The notes: generated from the sequence alone by a model not told the origin. Shown: positions 20,494-29,683, counted from the stretch's first letter. The stretch is 64,000 nucleotides of DNA from Ilumatobacteraceae bacterium (GCA_036771295.1 DAIPHP010000001.1:648-64647); one strand, 5' to 3'. Made by a program: numbers and translations.

Positions 20494-22047
20494 CTAGATC
20501 GAACGACCGGCGTTCTTCCAGTACTCGTCTTTCAGAAGCCGCTTGTACAGCTTGCCCGTGGGGTGGCGGGGAAGATCGGGTCGGAAGTCCACCGAACGCG
20601 GGCACTTGATGTCTGCCAGTTGGGAACGGCAGAACGCGATGAGTTCCTTGGCGAGTTTGTCGGCTTCGGTTGCGTCCTTCGGCATCTGCACGGGTTGCAC
20701 CACGGCCTTCACTTCTTCGCCGAACTCGTCGTTCGGGACACCGAAGACCGCGACGTCCGCGACCTTCGGGTGGTTGATGAGCACGTTCTCGGACTCCTGC
20801 GGATAGATGTTGACACCGCCGGAGATGATCATGAACGCCTTGCGGTCGGTGAGGTACAAGAACTTGTCCGCATCCATGTACCCGATGTCGCCGAGAGTGC
20901 TCCAGCCGCGGCCCTTCGGGTCACGAGACGACTTGGTCTTCTCAGGATCGTTGTGATACTCGAACACCGTCGGCGACTCGAAGAACACCGTGCCGGTCTC
21001 GCCGACCGGCAGTTCGTTGCCTTCCTCGTCGAGGATGTGCAGCACACCAGAGATGGCCTGTCCGACGGTGCCGGGATGGGCGAGCCACTGCTCTGAGTTG
21101 CAGTAGACGAAACCGTTTCCTTCGGTTCCTGCGTAGTACTCGTGGATGATCGGGCCCCACCACTCGATCATCTTGCGCTTCACTTCCACGGGGCACGGCG
21201 CCGCTGCGTGAATCACCGTCTTGAGCGTGGAGACGTCGTGCTTCGTACGTGCGGCGTCGGGCAGCTTCAGCATGCGTACGAACATGGTGGGCACGACTTG
21301 CGAAACCGTCACTTTGAAGCGCGGGATCGCCGCCAGATACTCCTCGGCGTCGAAGTGCTCCATGATGACGGTCGTGCCTCCCAACCGGTGAATCGCCATG
21401 TTGAAGCGCAGTGGTGCTGCGTGATACAGCGGCGCAGGCGAGAGATAGATGCTGTCTTCGGCAAAACCGAACACGAACTGCGCCAGCATCAACAGGGCCG
21501 GAGCCGTGCCGAGCGGCTGCGGTTTGTACACGAATGCGACGCCCTTCGGGCGACCGGTGGTGCCGCTCGAGTACAGCATGTCGGTGCCCTCGAAACGCTC
21601 GGGTAACGGTTCGCTCGACTGTGCGGAAACCGCCTGCTCGTACGAGTCGTAGTTCGAGGTGGTGCCGTCGAGCATGTATCGGGCGATGACGTTCGGTGTC
21701 AGCGAAACGACTTCGTCGGCTTGGTCGGCCTTGTACTTCGAGGCCACGAACACCTTCGCCCCGCAGTCGTTGATGATGTACGCGAGTTCATCGGTGGTGA
21801 GGCGGCTCGAACAGCAGGTGTAGACGAGACCGGCGTAGTGACAGCCCCAGACAAGTTCGAAGAACCGCGGGTGATTCTCCAGGCAGAGCGCGACGTGGTC
21901 GCCAGGCTTCAGACCGTGGCTGGCCATGAGCCGGCTGACTCGGTTGGCGCCTTCGTCCAGCTGGCGGTACGTCAACGTCGCGCCGGAACCGGCCATGACA
22001 ACAGCCGGGCGGTCAGGTGCGGTTTCGGCAGTTTTTCCGGGGAACAT
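20494..22047 (-). CDS. AMP-dependent acyl-CoA synthetase/ligase
   Basis: AMP-binding signature YSSGTTGRPKG, YAGTEG, GDIGYMDADKFLYLTDRK. ATG at 22047. Confidence 0.9.
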   Translation of the reverse strand: MFPGKTAETAPDRPAVVMAGSGATLTYRQLDEGANRVSRLMASHGLKPGDHVALCLENHPRFFELVWGCHYAGLVYTCCSSRLTTDELAYIINDCGAKVFVASKYKADQADEVVSLTPNVIARYMLDGTTSNYDSYEQAVSAQSSEPLPERFEGTDMLYSSGTTGRPKGVAFVYKPQPLGTAPALLMLAQFVFGFAEDSIYLSPAPLYHAAPLRFNMAIHRLGGTTVIMEHFDAEEYLAAIPRFKVTVSQVVPTMFVRMLKLPDAARTKHDVSTLKTVIHAAAPCPVEVKRKMIEWWGPIIHEYYAGTEGNGFVYCNSEQWLAHPGTVGQAISGVLHILDEEGNELPVGETGTVFFESPTVFEYHNDPEKTKSSRDPKGRGWSTLGDIGYMDADKFLYLTDRKAFMIISGGVNIYPQESENVLINHPKVADVAVFGVPNDEFGEEVKAVVQPVQMPKDATEADKLAKELIAFCRSQLADIKCPRSVDFRPDLPRHPTGKLYKRLLKDEYWKNAGRSI

Positions 22048-22084
22048 AGTGACCAGACGGTAGCGCAGGCAGTACCCTCGGCTC

Positions 22085-23293
22085 ATGCCTACCGAGACGC
22101 TCCCTGCAAGTTCAGACGAAAAGCACGTCATTGACGTGGTCGACGAGTTGTTGCGCGATCTGCCGCCCGCTTCCACCGATCCGGTCGTGTTTCTCGGAGC
22201 GCAGTTCGATCGCGGTCTGGCCTGGGTGCACTTCCCGACAGGCCACGGCGGGCTCGGGCTCTCGCCCAAGTATCAGAAGATCATCAACGAGCGAGTCTTC
22301 GCCGCCGGCGGCCCCAACGCGTACTTCCGCAATCCGATCGGTTACGGCATGTGCGGACCGACGGTCGTCGAGTGGGGAAGCGACGAGCAGAAGAAGCGCT
22401 ATCTGCGGCCGCTTTTCACCGGCGAAGAGGTCTGGTGCCAGTTGTTCTCAGAACCGGGTTCAGGATCCGACTTTGCGGGTCTGAGCGGCAAGGCCGTTCG
22501 CGACGGCGACGAGTGGGTCGTCAACTCGCAGAAGGTGTGGACCACGCTCGCGCACGTGTCGAAGTTCGGACTGCTCGTGGTGCGCACCGACCCGGAGGCC
22601 GTGAAACACGCCGGCCTCACGGCGATGGTGGTCGACATGCACGCACCTGGCGTGGAGGTTCGTCCGCTACGTCAGATGACGGGCGAGGCGGAATTCAACG
22701 AGGTGTTCTTCACCGACGCCCGCGTACCTGCCGCTGAGACGCTCGGCAAACCCGGTGACGGCTGGCGAGTGTCGCTCACCACGCTGATGAACGAGCGTGT
22801 CGCTATCGGAGGCATGATTCCGCCGAAGGCATCGGGCCCCATCGCCGAGGCGCTGCGATTGTGGGCGAAACTGCCGGCGTCCGACCGTTCGTCGGCGACC
22901 CGCGACGAACTCATGCAGCTCTACATTCGTGCCGAGGTGTTGCGACTCACCAACATCCGCGCCGGTCAGATGCGTAAGGCGGGCGTGCCGGGGCCGGAAG
23001 GTTCGATCGGGAAGATGGCGAGCGCTGATTTGAACAAAGACACCTACGCGTTCTGCATGGGTCTCATGGGTGCGTCCGGGATGTTGTACGGCGACTATTC
23101 GATGAGCCGTCCCCGAACGGCGATGGGTCCGGTGGATGCGTTGCAGAAGGCGTTCTTGCGCAGTCGCGCCAACAGCATCGAGGGTGGCACCAGCGAAGTG
23201 ATGCGCAACATTCTCGGTGAGCGCGTGCTCGGCCTTCCGGGTGACGTGCGAGTCGACCGTGACCGTCCGTGGAGCGAGGTTCCGCGCAACTAA
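22085..23293 (+). CDS. Acyl-CoA dehydrogenase
   Basis: CQLFSEPGSGSD, WVVNSQKVWTT, IEGGTSEVMRNI motifs. Confidence 0.9.
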   Translation: MPTETLPASSDEKHVIDVVDELLRDLPPASTDPVVFLGAQFDRGLAWVHFPTGHGGLGLSPKYQKIINERVFAAGGPNAYFRNPIGYGMCGPTVVEWGSDEQKKRYLRPLFTGEEVWCQLFSEPGSGSDFAGLSGKAVRDGDEWVVNSQKVWTTLAHVSKFGLLVVRTDPEAVKHAGLTAMVVDMHAPGVEVRPLRQMTGEAEFNEVFFTDARVPAAETLGKPGDGWRVSLTTLMNERVAIGGMIPPKASGPIAEALRLWAKLPASDRSSATRDELMQLYIRAEVLRLTNIRAGQMRKAGVPGPEGSIGKMASADLNKDTYAFCMGLMGASGMLYGDYSMSRPRTAMGPVDALQKAFLRSRANSIEGGTSEVMRNILGERVLGLPGDVRVDRDRPWSEVPRN

Positions 23294-23347
23294 AGGTCGC
23301 CGAAACGGTTCGCGCTGAACCGGGTCGTGGTCAGTTGGAACGTGCGG

Positions 23348-24382
23348 TCAGGCGTTTGCCAGCGCGGCGAGAACTCCGCTCGCACTGATTGCCCTGTCGT
23401 CATAGGCGCGTCGCGAGGCGTTGCCGCCGGCCATCGCCGAGATGGCAGTTTCCATCGCCGTCTGCAGTTCTCGAATGTGCCTGGGCGGCGGAAAATACTC
23501 GTCTTCCTCGGTGGCTCGAACTTCGTCGCAGCCCAATCGAGGAGCCAGTCGTTCGATGACCTCGACGACGAGCTCCTCGGGTGCCGAGGCGCCAGCCGTG
23601 ACCCCGATGGTGCCGCGCAGGTCGGCGGGGAGTTCCGCGGCCTGATTGATGCGCAAGACGCGCTGGCAACCGATTTCTCGGGCCAGCCGTTCGAGAGCGA
23701 GGGTGTTGCTGGAATTCGACGAGCCAATCACCACCATCGAGTCGACGTTTGCCGCAATTTTTGTGAGTGAGGCCTGACGGTTGGTGGTCGCAAAGCAGAG
23801 ATCGCTGCGACCAGGTGTCCACACGTCGGGAAATTTTTCTTTTACGGCCACCGCCACGCCCTCCCACTCGCGATGCGAGAGGGTCGTCTGGGCCAACAAT
23901 GCGACGGGTTCCTTGAATTGCGGCAACGCGGCGACTTCGTCGAGAGTCTCCACGCGCGAGATGGCGTCCGGCGCGACGGCCATCGTGCCGACGGCTTCTT
24001 CGTGGCCTTCGTGGCCGACGTAGACGATGCGAAAGCCCTTGCCGGCGCGAGTGCGTACTTCGTGGTGCACCTTGGTGACGAGCGGGCACACGGCGTCCAC
24101 CATGTAGCTGCCTCGGTGTTTGGCGTCGCGCACGACCGACGGGGCAGAACCGTGCGCCGAGAGCATGATCGGGTGTCCTGCCGGTACGTCTGCAACGTCG
24201 TCGACGAAGATCACACCGCGCTCTTTGAAGCGATCGACGACCACCTTGTTGTGCACGATCTCGTGGTAGCAGTACACCGGGCCGTCGAACGTGCGGACCA
24301 TCCACGCGAGAGCTTTGATCGCCATTTCCACCCCGGCGCAAAAGCCGCGAGGCGCGGCGAGCAAGACTTTTTCGACGGTCAT
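23348..24382 (-). CDS. ispH: 4-hydroxy-3-methylbut-2-enyl diphosphate reductase
   Basis: PRGFCAGVEMAI, HEIVHN, VCPLVTKVH, SSNSSN motifs. Confidence 0.95.
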   Translation of the reverse strand: MTVEKVLLAAPRGFCAGVEMAIKALAWMVRTFDGPVYCYHEIVHNKVVVDRFKERGVIFVDDVADVPAGHPIMLSAHGSAPSVVRDAKHRGSYMVDAVCPLVTKVHHEVRTRAGKGFRIVYVGHEGHEEAVGTMAVAPDAISRVETLDEVAALPQFKEPVALLAQTTLSHREWEGVAVAVKEKFPDVWTPGRSDLCFATTNRQASLTKIAANVDSMVVIGSSNSSNTLALERLAREIGCQRVLRINQAAELPADLRGTIGVTAGASAPEELVVEVIERLAPRLGCDEVRATEEDEYFPPPRHIRELQTAMETAISAMAGGNASRRAYDDRAISASGVLAALANA

Positions 24383-24432
24383 GCGTAATCACTCTCAACG
24401 GTACTGTCGCGCTAATCGGTAGCCTGCACATA

Positions 24433-25767
24433 GTGACAAAGAGCGACGATCGCAAGAACGTCGTCATCGTCGGTCGACCGAACGTCGGCAAGAGCACGCT
24501 GTTCAACCGGTTCATCGGCGAGCAGGCCGCCATCGTCGAGGACCGGCCCGGCGTGACTCGAGACCGCCACACCCGCGAAGTGGAGTGGTGCGGCCACTAC
24601 TTCAACGTGATCGACACTGGCGGTTGGATGCCGGGCGGATCGGCCCTCGACTCGAAAGTGAGCCGGCAGGTCGAAGCCGCCGCGCGAGGTGCGGATCTCG
24701 TGCTGTTCCTCGTCGATTCGACCGGGGGACTGAACGACGACGACGAGGCGATTGCCGCCTGGTTGCGCACGACCGGTAGGCCGATTCTCCTCGTGGCGAA
24801 CAAGGTCGACGGACCGAACGCAGAAACCGATCTCTGGCAGTTTCTCTCGTTGGGCCTCGGTGACGCGGTTCCGGTGTCGGCCATTCATGGTCGAAAGTCG
24901 GGCGACTTGCTCGACGTCATCGTCGACCAGCTGCAGTTGAACGCCGACCCCGTCGCGGAACCAGGCGTGTTCGTGCGAAACCCGGAGACGAAAGAACCGC
25001 GCGTGGCCATCGTGGGTAGGCCGAACGTCGGCAAGAGCACCCTGTTCAATCGTCTCGTGGGCGAAGAACGCTCGATCGTGCACGACCTCGCCGGCACCAC
25101 GCGCGACGCGATCGATACACGCGTGGAGACGTCCGATGGCCCGAGCGTCTTCGTCGACACCGCAGGAATGCGTCGTCGCAGCAAAGTCGAGGCTGGAACC
25201 GAGTATTACTCGATCATCCGGGCACTGCGCGCTGTCGACGAGAGCGACATCGCTCTGCTCGTCATCGACGCCACGGAGGGCGTGACGAGCCAGGACCAGA
25301 GACTCGCGGAGCGCATCGACGCCAGCGGCTGCCCGATCGTGGTGGTGCTCAACAAATGGGAGCTGCTCGACGCGGAACGCCGTGAACAGGTGGAGATCGA
25401 AGTCAACCGACGGCTCTACTTCATCGGTGATTCTCCGATAGTCCGGCTCTCGGCATTGACCGGAAAGAACGTCCACCGCCTGCAGCCGTTGTTGACCGAT
25501 GCCATCAGCAACTACCACCGCAGGGTGCCGACCCGCGACGTCAACCGAGTGCTCGCCGCCGCTCAGCAGCAGCAGCCACCGGGTCAGGGTGCCCGAGTGT
25601 TGTACGCGCTGCAGGGCGCCGTGGACCCGCCGACCTTTACGTTGTTCGTCAATCGCGAATTGCCGCAGTCGTACCTTCGATATCTCGAGCGTTCGATTCG
25701 CGAGGCGTTCGAGTTCGGTTCTACGCCGATCAAGTTGCGCGTCCGCACGCGTTCAGAGCAGGGCTGA
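24433..25767 (+). CDS. der: Ribosome biogenesis GTPase Der (EngA)
   Basis: Two tandem GTPase domains, each with GRPNVGKST, DTGG/DTAG and NKVD/NKWE, plus a KH-like C-terminus. Confidence 0.95.
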   Translation: MTKSDDRKNVVIVGRPNVGKSTLFNRFIGEQAAIVEDRPGVTRDRHTREVEWCGHYFNVIDTGGWMPGGSALDSKVSRQVEAAARGADLVLFLVDSTGGLNDDDEAIAAWLRTTGRPILLVANKVDGPNAETDLWQFLSLGLGDAVPVSAIHGRKSGDLLDVIVDQLQLNADPVAEPGVFVRNPETKEPRVAIVGRPNVGKSTLFNRLVGEERSIVHDLAGTTRDAIDTRVETSDGPSVFVDTAGMRRRSKVEAGTEYYSIIRALRAVDESDIALLVIDATEGVTSQDQRLAERIDASGCPIVVVLNKWELLDAERREQVEIEVNRRLYFIGDSPIVRLSALTGKNVHRLQPLLTDAISNYHRRVPTRDVNRVLAAAQQQQPPGQGARVLYALQGAVDPPTFTLFVNRELPQSYLRYLERSIREAFEFGSTPIKLRVRTRSEQG

Positions 25768-25782
25768 CGGCGAGCGACACCG

Positions 25783-26022
25783 ATGCCGTGGTGTGAACCG
25801 TGCTCGCGCTACTTCGCGCCTTCGGCGGTGACGAGCGACGGCAGTTGCCCTTCGTGCGGCAGGGCGATCGAGATGCCGGTTCGGCAAGGGGCGAGCGACG
25901 CACCGACGTTGCGTGAACTCTCGAGAATGAGCGGCGAGAAGGCGCCGTGGCACTTCAAACTGTTGATGGCGATGCTCGTTCTGTATCTCGGATGGCGGTT
26001 GATCGCACCATTTGTAGACTGA
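25783..26022 (+). CDS. Small zinc-ribbon, tail-anchored membrane protein (hypothetical)
   Basis: CEPC...CPSC knuckles at the N-terminus and one C-terminal TM helix (WHFKLLMAMLVLYLGWRLIAPFV). Starts 15 nt after the der stop. Confidence 0.55.
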   Translation: MPWCEPCSRYFAPSAVTSDGSCPSCGRAIEMPVRQGASDAPTLRELSRMSGEKAPWHFKLLMAMLVLYLGWRLIAPFVD

Positions 26023-26036
26023 GCGAGCCGTAGCTA

Positions 26037-26111
26037 CGGGCTGTGGCGCAGCTTGGTTAGCGCGCTTGTCTGGGGGACAAGAGGTCGGGAGTTCAAATCT
26101 CCCCAGCCCGA
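26037..26111 (+). tRNA. tRNA-Pro (anticodon GGG)
   Basis: Full cloverleaf folded by hand: acceptor CGGGCTG/CAGCCCG, D stem GCGC/GCGC, anticodon stem CTTGT/ACAAG with loop CTGGGGG, T stem GGGAG/CTCCC with loop TTCAAAT, discriminator A. CCA is not encoded. Confidence 0.93.
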
Positions 26112-26113
26112 CG

Positions 26114-26815
26114 ATGTGTGGGCGATTCGTTGCCACCACCGCGCCGCAACAGCTCGCACTGCTGTTCGACGCGGTTCTGGATGACCCGTTCGCCGATCGA
26201 TTCGCGCCGAACTACAACGTCGCCCCGACGACGCAGATCCTCGCGATGACCATGGAGGACGGCAGACGGGTGCTGCGCCGTGCGCACTGGGGCCTCTTGC
26301 CGTCGTGGTCGAAAGACCGAAGTCGCGCGGCCAGCATGATCAACGCACGCAGTGAGACGCTCACGGAGAAGCCGAGCTTCCGGCCGTTGCTGAAGGCACA
26401 CCGTTGCGTGATTCCCCTCGACGGCTACTACGAGTGGCGAACGGTGGGTGTCGGCACCGTCGCGAAACAACCGAAGCAGCCGTATCTCATCCGCTCGAAC
26501 GACGAGCGTCCCTTGACGCTTGCAGGCCTGTGGACCACATGGCACGACCCGGAACGCGACAGTGAGTCGGTGCGTAGTTGCGCCATCGTTACCACGTCGC
26601 CGAACGCACGGCTCGCCGAGATTCACGATCGCATGCCCTGCATTTTGGACGGTGACGACGTCGATGAATGGCTCGATGCGCCCGAGCCACCGTTGCAGTT
26701 GTTGCGCGCGTGCGCCGACGACCGGCTGAAGGCGTTCACCGTGAGCACCGCGGTGAACAACGTTCGCAACAAGGGCCCCGAACTCATCGAGCCGACGACA
26801 ACGACCTTGTTCTGA
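26114..26815 (+). CDS. SOS response-associated peptidase (SRAP/YedK family, abasic-site DNA-protein crosslink)
   Basis: Starts MCGRF; the Cys2 nucleophile must directly follow the initiator Met. Also NYNVAPT and a DGYYEW motif. The track ORF start at 26066 lies inside the tRNA and is spurious. Confidence 0.9.
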   Translation: MCGRFVATTAPQQLALLFDAVLDDPFADRFAPNYNVAPTTQILAMTMEDGRRVLRRAHWGLLPSWSKDRSRAASMINARSETLTEKPSFRPLLKAHRCVIPLDGYYEWRTVGVGTVAKQPKQPYLIRSNDERPLTLAGLWTTWHDPERDSESVRSCAIVTTSPNARLAEIHDRMPCILDGDDVDEWLDAPEPPLQLLRACADDRLKAFTVSTAVNNVRNKGPELIEPTTTTLF

Positions 26816-26893
26816 TCGAGCGCACCTCAGCGCCTCGGCACTGCTCGTGCTCGAGTTCGGGGTTCGTGCGCCGAGCGTCGCACGCGGTTTGGC

Positions 26894-27313
26894 TCAGAGG
26901 GCGCCCGGAACGCCGTTCATTCTCAATTGTGCGGCGAGGCGCGATGCGGATTGCGCCAGTCGTTCGGGCGTCACGTCGTGCTGCTGGTTGGCGAAATTGA
27001 GGTCCGCCATGTCGTCGGCGGGGACGCAGTGAAGGTGACAGTGATTGACCTCAAATCCGGCAATCAGCAATCCCACCCTTTGACTTCCGAAGGCTTCTCT
27101 CTGGGCCAGTCCAACTTGGCGCGCGACGTCGAAAACATGTGCATTCACGTCCGCCGGCATATCGATCCAATGATCGAAGGGTTCGCGCGGGACGACCAAC
27201 GCGTGACCTTCGCGAATCGGCGCGATCGTCATGAAGACGACGCAGCGGTCGTCTTTCAGCGCGAAATGTCCCGGTAACTCTCCGTTGATGATGCGAGTGA
27301 AGAGAGTCGGCAT
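26894..27313 (-). CDS. HIT family protein
   Basis: Histidine triad NHCHLHCVP; N-terminus IINGELPG. Confidence 0.9.
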   Translation of the reverse strand: MPTLFTRIINGELPGHFALKDDRCVVFMTIAPIREGHALVVPREPFDHWIDMPADVNAHVFDVARQVGLAQREAFGSQRVGLLIAGFEVNHCHLHCVPADDMADLNFANQQHDVTPERLAQSASRLAAQLRMNGVPGAL

Positions 27314-27380
27314 GTCGTCTGTGGCTCTGAAGCGTCGGTGGTAGCAGAGTAGTACGGACCGCGAACTAGCCTTCGCGGCG

Positions 27381-27974
27381 ATGCCTCACAACGTTGCAAC
27401 GTGGCCGAACCTGGTCACGTTGGCACGGTTGTTGTGTCTGCCGGTGTTTCTCTGGCTGCTCTTCGAGCGTGGCGATCGGGAGTCGGCGGCCTGGCTCCTC
27501 GGCGCGCTCGGGGCGACCGACTGGGTGGATGGTTGGCTTGCACGACGACTGAATCAACGCAGCGACTTCGGCGCGGTTTTCGACCCGGCGGTCGATCGTC
27601 TCTTGTTCATCGTCGGTGTCGGATCCATCGTCGTCGACGATGCAGTGCCCGGTTGGCTCGGCTGGTCGGTGGTCGCCCGCGAGGTATTCGTCGCACTGCT
27701 GATGCTCGGTGGTACGGCGCTCGGCATGCCGAGGTTTGCGGTCAACCAGTGGGGAAAGAACTACACGTTCGCCCTCATGTTCGCATTTCCGTTGTTGCTG
27801 ATCGGGGCGAGCGACGCGGGTTGGTCGCTCGGTGCGCGTAACGCGGGATGGGCAATCGCAGTCCCGGGATTGATTCTGTGTTACTCGACGGCGGCGTTGT
27901 ACGTGCCTCAAGTGATTCGGGGGGTCCGCAGCGCACGACGAAGCCGACTCAACGCGAATCACGTCTCCGGCTGA
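27381..27974 (+). CDS. CDP-alcohol phosphatidyltransferase family protein (PgsA-like)
   Basis: DWVDGWLARRLNQRSDFGAVFDPAVDRL matches DGx2ARx8Gx3Dx3D. Multiple TM helices. Confidence 0.88.
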   Translation: MPHNVATWPNLVTLARLLCLPVFLWLLFERGDRESAAWLLGALGATDWVDGWLARRLNQRSDFGAVFDPAVDRLLFIVGVGSIVVDDAVPGWLGWSVVAREVFVALLMLGGTALGMPRFAVNQWGKNYTFALMFAFPLLLIGASDAGWSLGARNAGWAIAVPGLILCYSTAALYVPQVIRGVRSARRSRLNANHVSG

Positions 27975-27990
27975 GGCTACGGTTGAGGGC

Positions 27991-28365
27991 ATGCAAGTGC
28001 CTGATGATCTTTCGTACACGGAGCAGCATGAGTGGGTTCGCGTGAGCGCGGGTGTGGCACGTATCGGTATCACCGACTACGCCCAGGACGCGCTTGGCGA
28101 CGTGGTGTTCGTCGGAGTTCCGACGGTCGGTGCCAAGGTGTCTGCCGAGCAGTCGTTCACCGAAGTGGAGAGCACGAAGAGCGTCTCAGACATCTACGCA
28201 CCCGTGAGCGGCACCATCTCCGCCGTGAACGCTGCCTTGACCGACCAGCCAGAGCTGCTCAACAAAGACCCGTACGGTGCGGGATGGATCTGCGAGATCA
28301 CGGTGGAGGGCGAGATGCCGGCTCTGATGGACGCTGCGGCCTACCGCTCGCTCGTCGGCGGCTGA
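27991..28365 (+). CDS. gcvH: Glycine cleavage system protein H
   Basis: YTEQHEWV, lipoyl-lysine motif VESTKSVSDIYAP. Confidence 0.95.
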   Translation: MQVPDDLSYTEQHEWVRVSAGVARIGITDYAQDALGDVVFVGVPTVGAKVSAEQSFTEVESTKSVSDIYAPVSGTISAVNAALTDQPELLNKDPYGAGWICEITVEGEMPALMDAAAYRSLVGG

Positions 28366-28379
28366 GGACGACGGACGAC

Positions 28380-28856
28380 GTGCAGTACGTGTTTTGCAAC
28401 GGTTGCGGGCACCGGAACCCGCCGGTGAGCACGTTCTGTTCCTCGTGCGGTGCAGTGCTCGACAAGCCGAGTCTTCGCACGAACGTGCTGCCGAAGACCG
28501 ACCCGCTCCTCGACGGTCTCGGCGACGACGACAATGCCGTGGTGCACGCCGGTGAGATAGCCCCGGGCGAGGTGATGCTGGTGGTGCGGCAGGGCCCCGA
28601 GATAGGCACCCGTTTCTCGCTTGACGGCGATCAGGTGACGGTGGGTCGGGTGCCGGGCAACGACATTCAGCTCGACGACGTCACGGTCTCGCGTCAGCAT
28701 GCGGTATTGGTACGCCAGGGTGCGGCGTGGTTGGTGCGCGATCTCGGCTCGTTGAACGGCACGTACGTGAACAGCGAGCGGGTAGACGAATCAGTCGTGC
28801 AGCACGGCGACGAAGTGCAAATCGGCCGTTTTCGGCTGGTGGCATTCTTCGGTTGA
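28380..28856 (+). CDS. FHA domain protein with N-terminal zinc ribbon (in the GarA/OdhI position)
   Basis: CNGCGH...CSSCG zinc ribbon, then FHA core VTVGRVPGNDIQLDDVTVSRQHAVL...RDLGSLNGTYVN. GTG at 28380. Confidence 0.85.
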   Translation: MQYVFCNGCGHRNPPVSTFCSSCGAVLDKPSLRTNVLPKTDPLLDGLGDDDNAVVHAGEIAPGEVMLVVRQGPEIGTRFSLDGDQVTVGRVPGNDIQLDDVTVSRQHAVLVRQGAAWLVRDLGSLNGTYVNSERVDESVVQHGDEVQIGRFRLVAFFG

Positions 28857-28861
28857 TCGAG

Positions 28862-29635
28862 ATGCCGGAGCGCTACTACACCATCGGTGAGGTTCTCGCC
28901 CTACTGCTGGATGAGTTTCCCGACATCACCATCTCCAAGATTCGATTTCTCGAGAGCCAAGGTCTCATCACGCCGGAACGCACGACCGCCGGCTACCGGA
29001 AGTTCACGAAACCCGAGGTCGAGCGGCTGCGATTCATCCTGCGGGAGCAGAAAGACAACTTTCTTCCCCTGCGTGTCATCCGCGACCGATTGGAAGGGGA
29101 GACGAGTGACGGACTGTTGCGACCCGAAGACGTCACGGACCCGAGCATGCCCCGCGGAATTCGCACGCCATCAGCCGGGCACCCTACGAATCGCGGCAAC
29201 ATCGAGCGCGTGGCGACTCCGCCCGTTCAGCGCGCCGCTGGTAAGAAGCGCCCGGAGCGCCTCTCGAAAGCCGACATTCTCGAAGCGACCGGCGTCGAGT
29301 CGGCCATGCTGGCAACGCTCGAGAAGATGAAGTTCGTGCGCCCGCAGATGTTGGGGAGCGAACCGTTCTATGACGAGACCGACCGTGACATCGTGCACCT
29401 CGCCGGTCGTCTCGCGGCTCTCGGCGTCGAACCGCGATTGTTGATGGCGTGGCGGTTGGCCGCGGAGCGGGAGGCCGACGTGTTTGAGCCGATCGTCCGC
29501 ACGGCGAAGTCTGCGCGAGGCACTGAGGCGAGCGGCGATGCGATGAAGTTGCTCGACGACCTGGTGGGGCTCGGTGAGGAGCTTCGTACCGCGCTGCTGC
29601 GCAGCGTCACCAAGACGTTGCGATCCGACTTGTAG
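28862..29635 (+). CDS. MerR family transcriptional regulator (Rv1828/FtsR-like)
   Basis: N-terminal MerR HTH YTIGEV...ISKIRFLESQGLITPERTTAGYRKF plus a long C-terminal domain. Confidence 0.85.
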   Translation: MPERYYTIGEVLALLLDEFPDITISKIRFLESQGLITPERTTAGYRKFTKPEVERLRFILREQKDNFLPLRVIRDRLEGETSDGLLRPEDVTDPSMPRGIRTPSAGHPTNRGNIERVATPPVQRAAGKKRPERLSKADILEATGVESAMLATLEKMKFVRPQMLGSEPFYDETDRDIVHLAGRLAALGVEPRLLMAWRLAAEREADVFEPIVRTAKSARGTEASGDAMKLLDDLVGLGEELRTALLRSVTKTLRSDL

Positions 29636-29683
29636 CAGTCGCCGAAAGTCTGCGTCGGAAGCGGTCGTTGCTACGCTGACGCC

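Noticed and set aside
8595-26111. Tyrosine recombinase plus a tRNA gene as possible markers of an integrative element or genomic island.
   Set aside because: The recombinase has XerD architecture and sits in the conserved pyrG-NUDIX-xerD housekeeping context, 16 kb from the tRNA. I saw no direct repeat of the tRNA 3' end, no excisionase or phage genes, and no compositional shift.
26066-26113. Upstream in-frame extension of the SRAP ORF in the ORF track (start at 26066).
   Set aside because: The extension lies entirely inside the tRNA-Pro. The SRAP family also requires Cys immediately after the initiator Met, which fixes the start at 26114.
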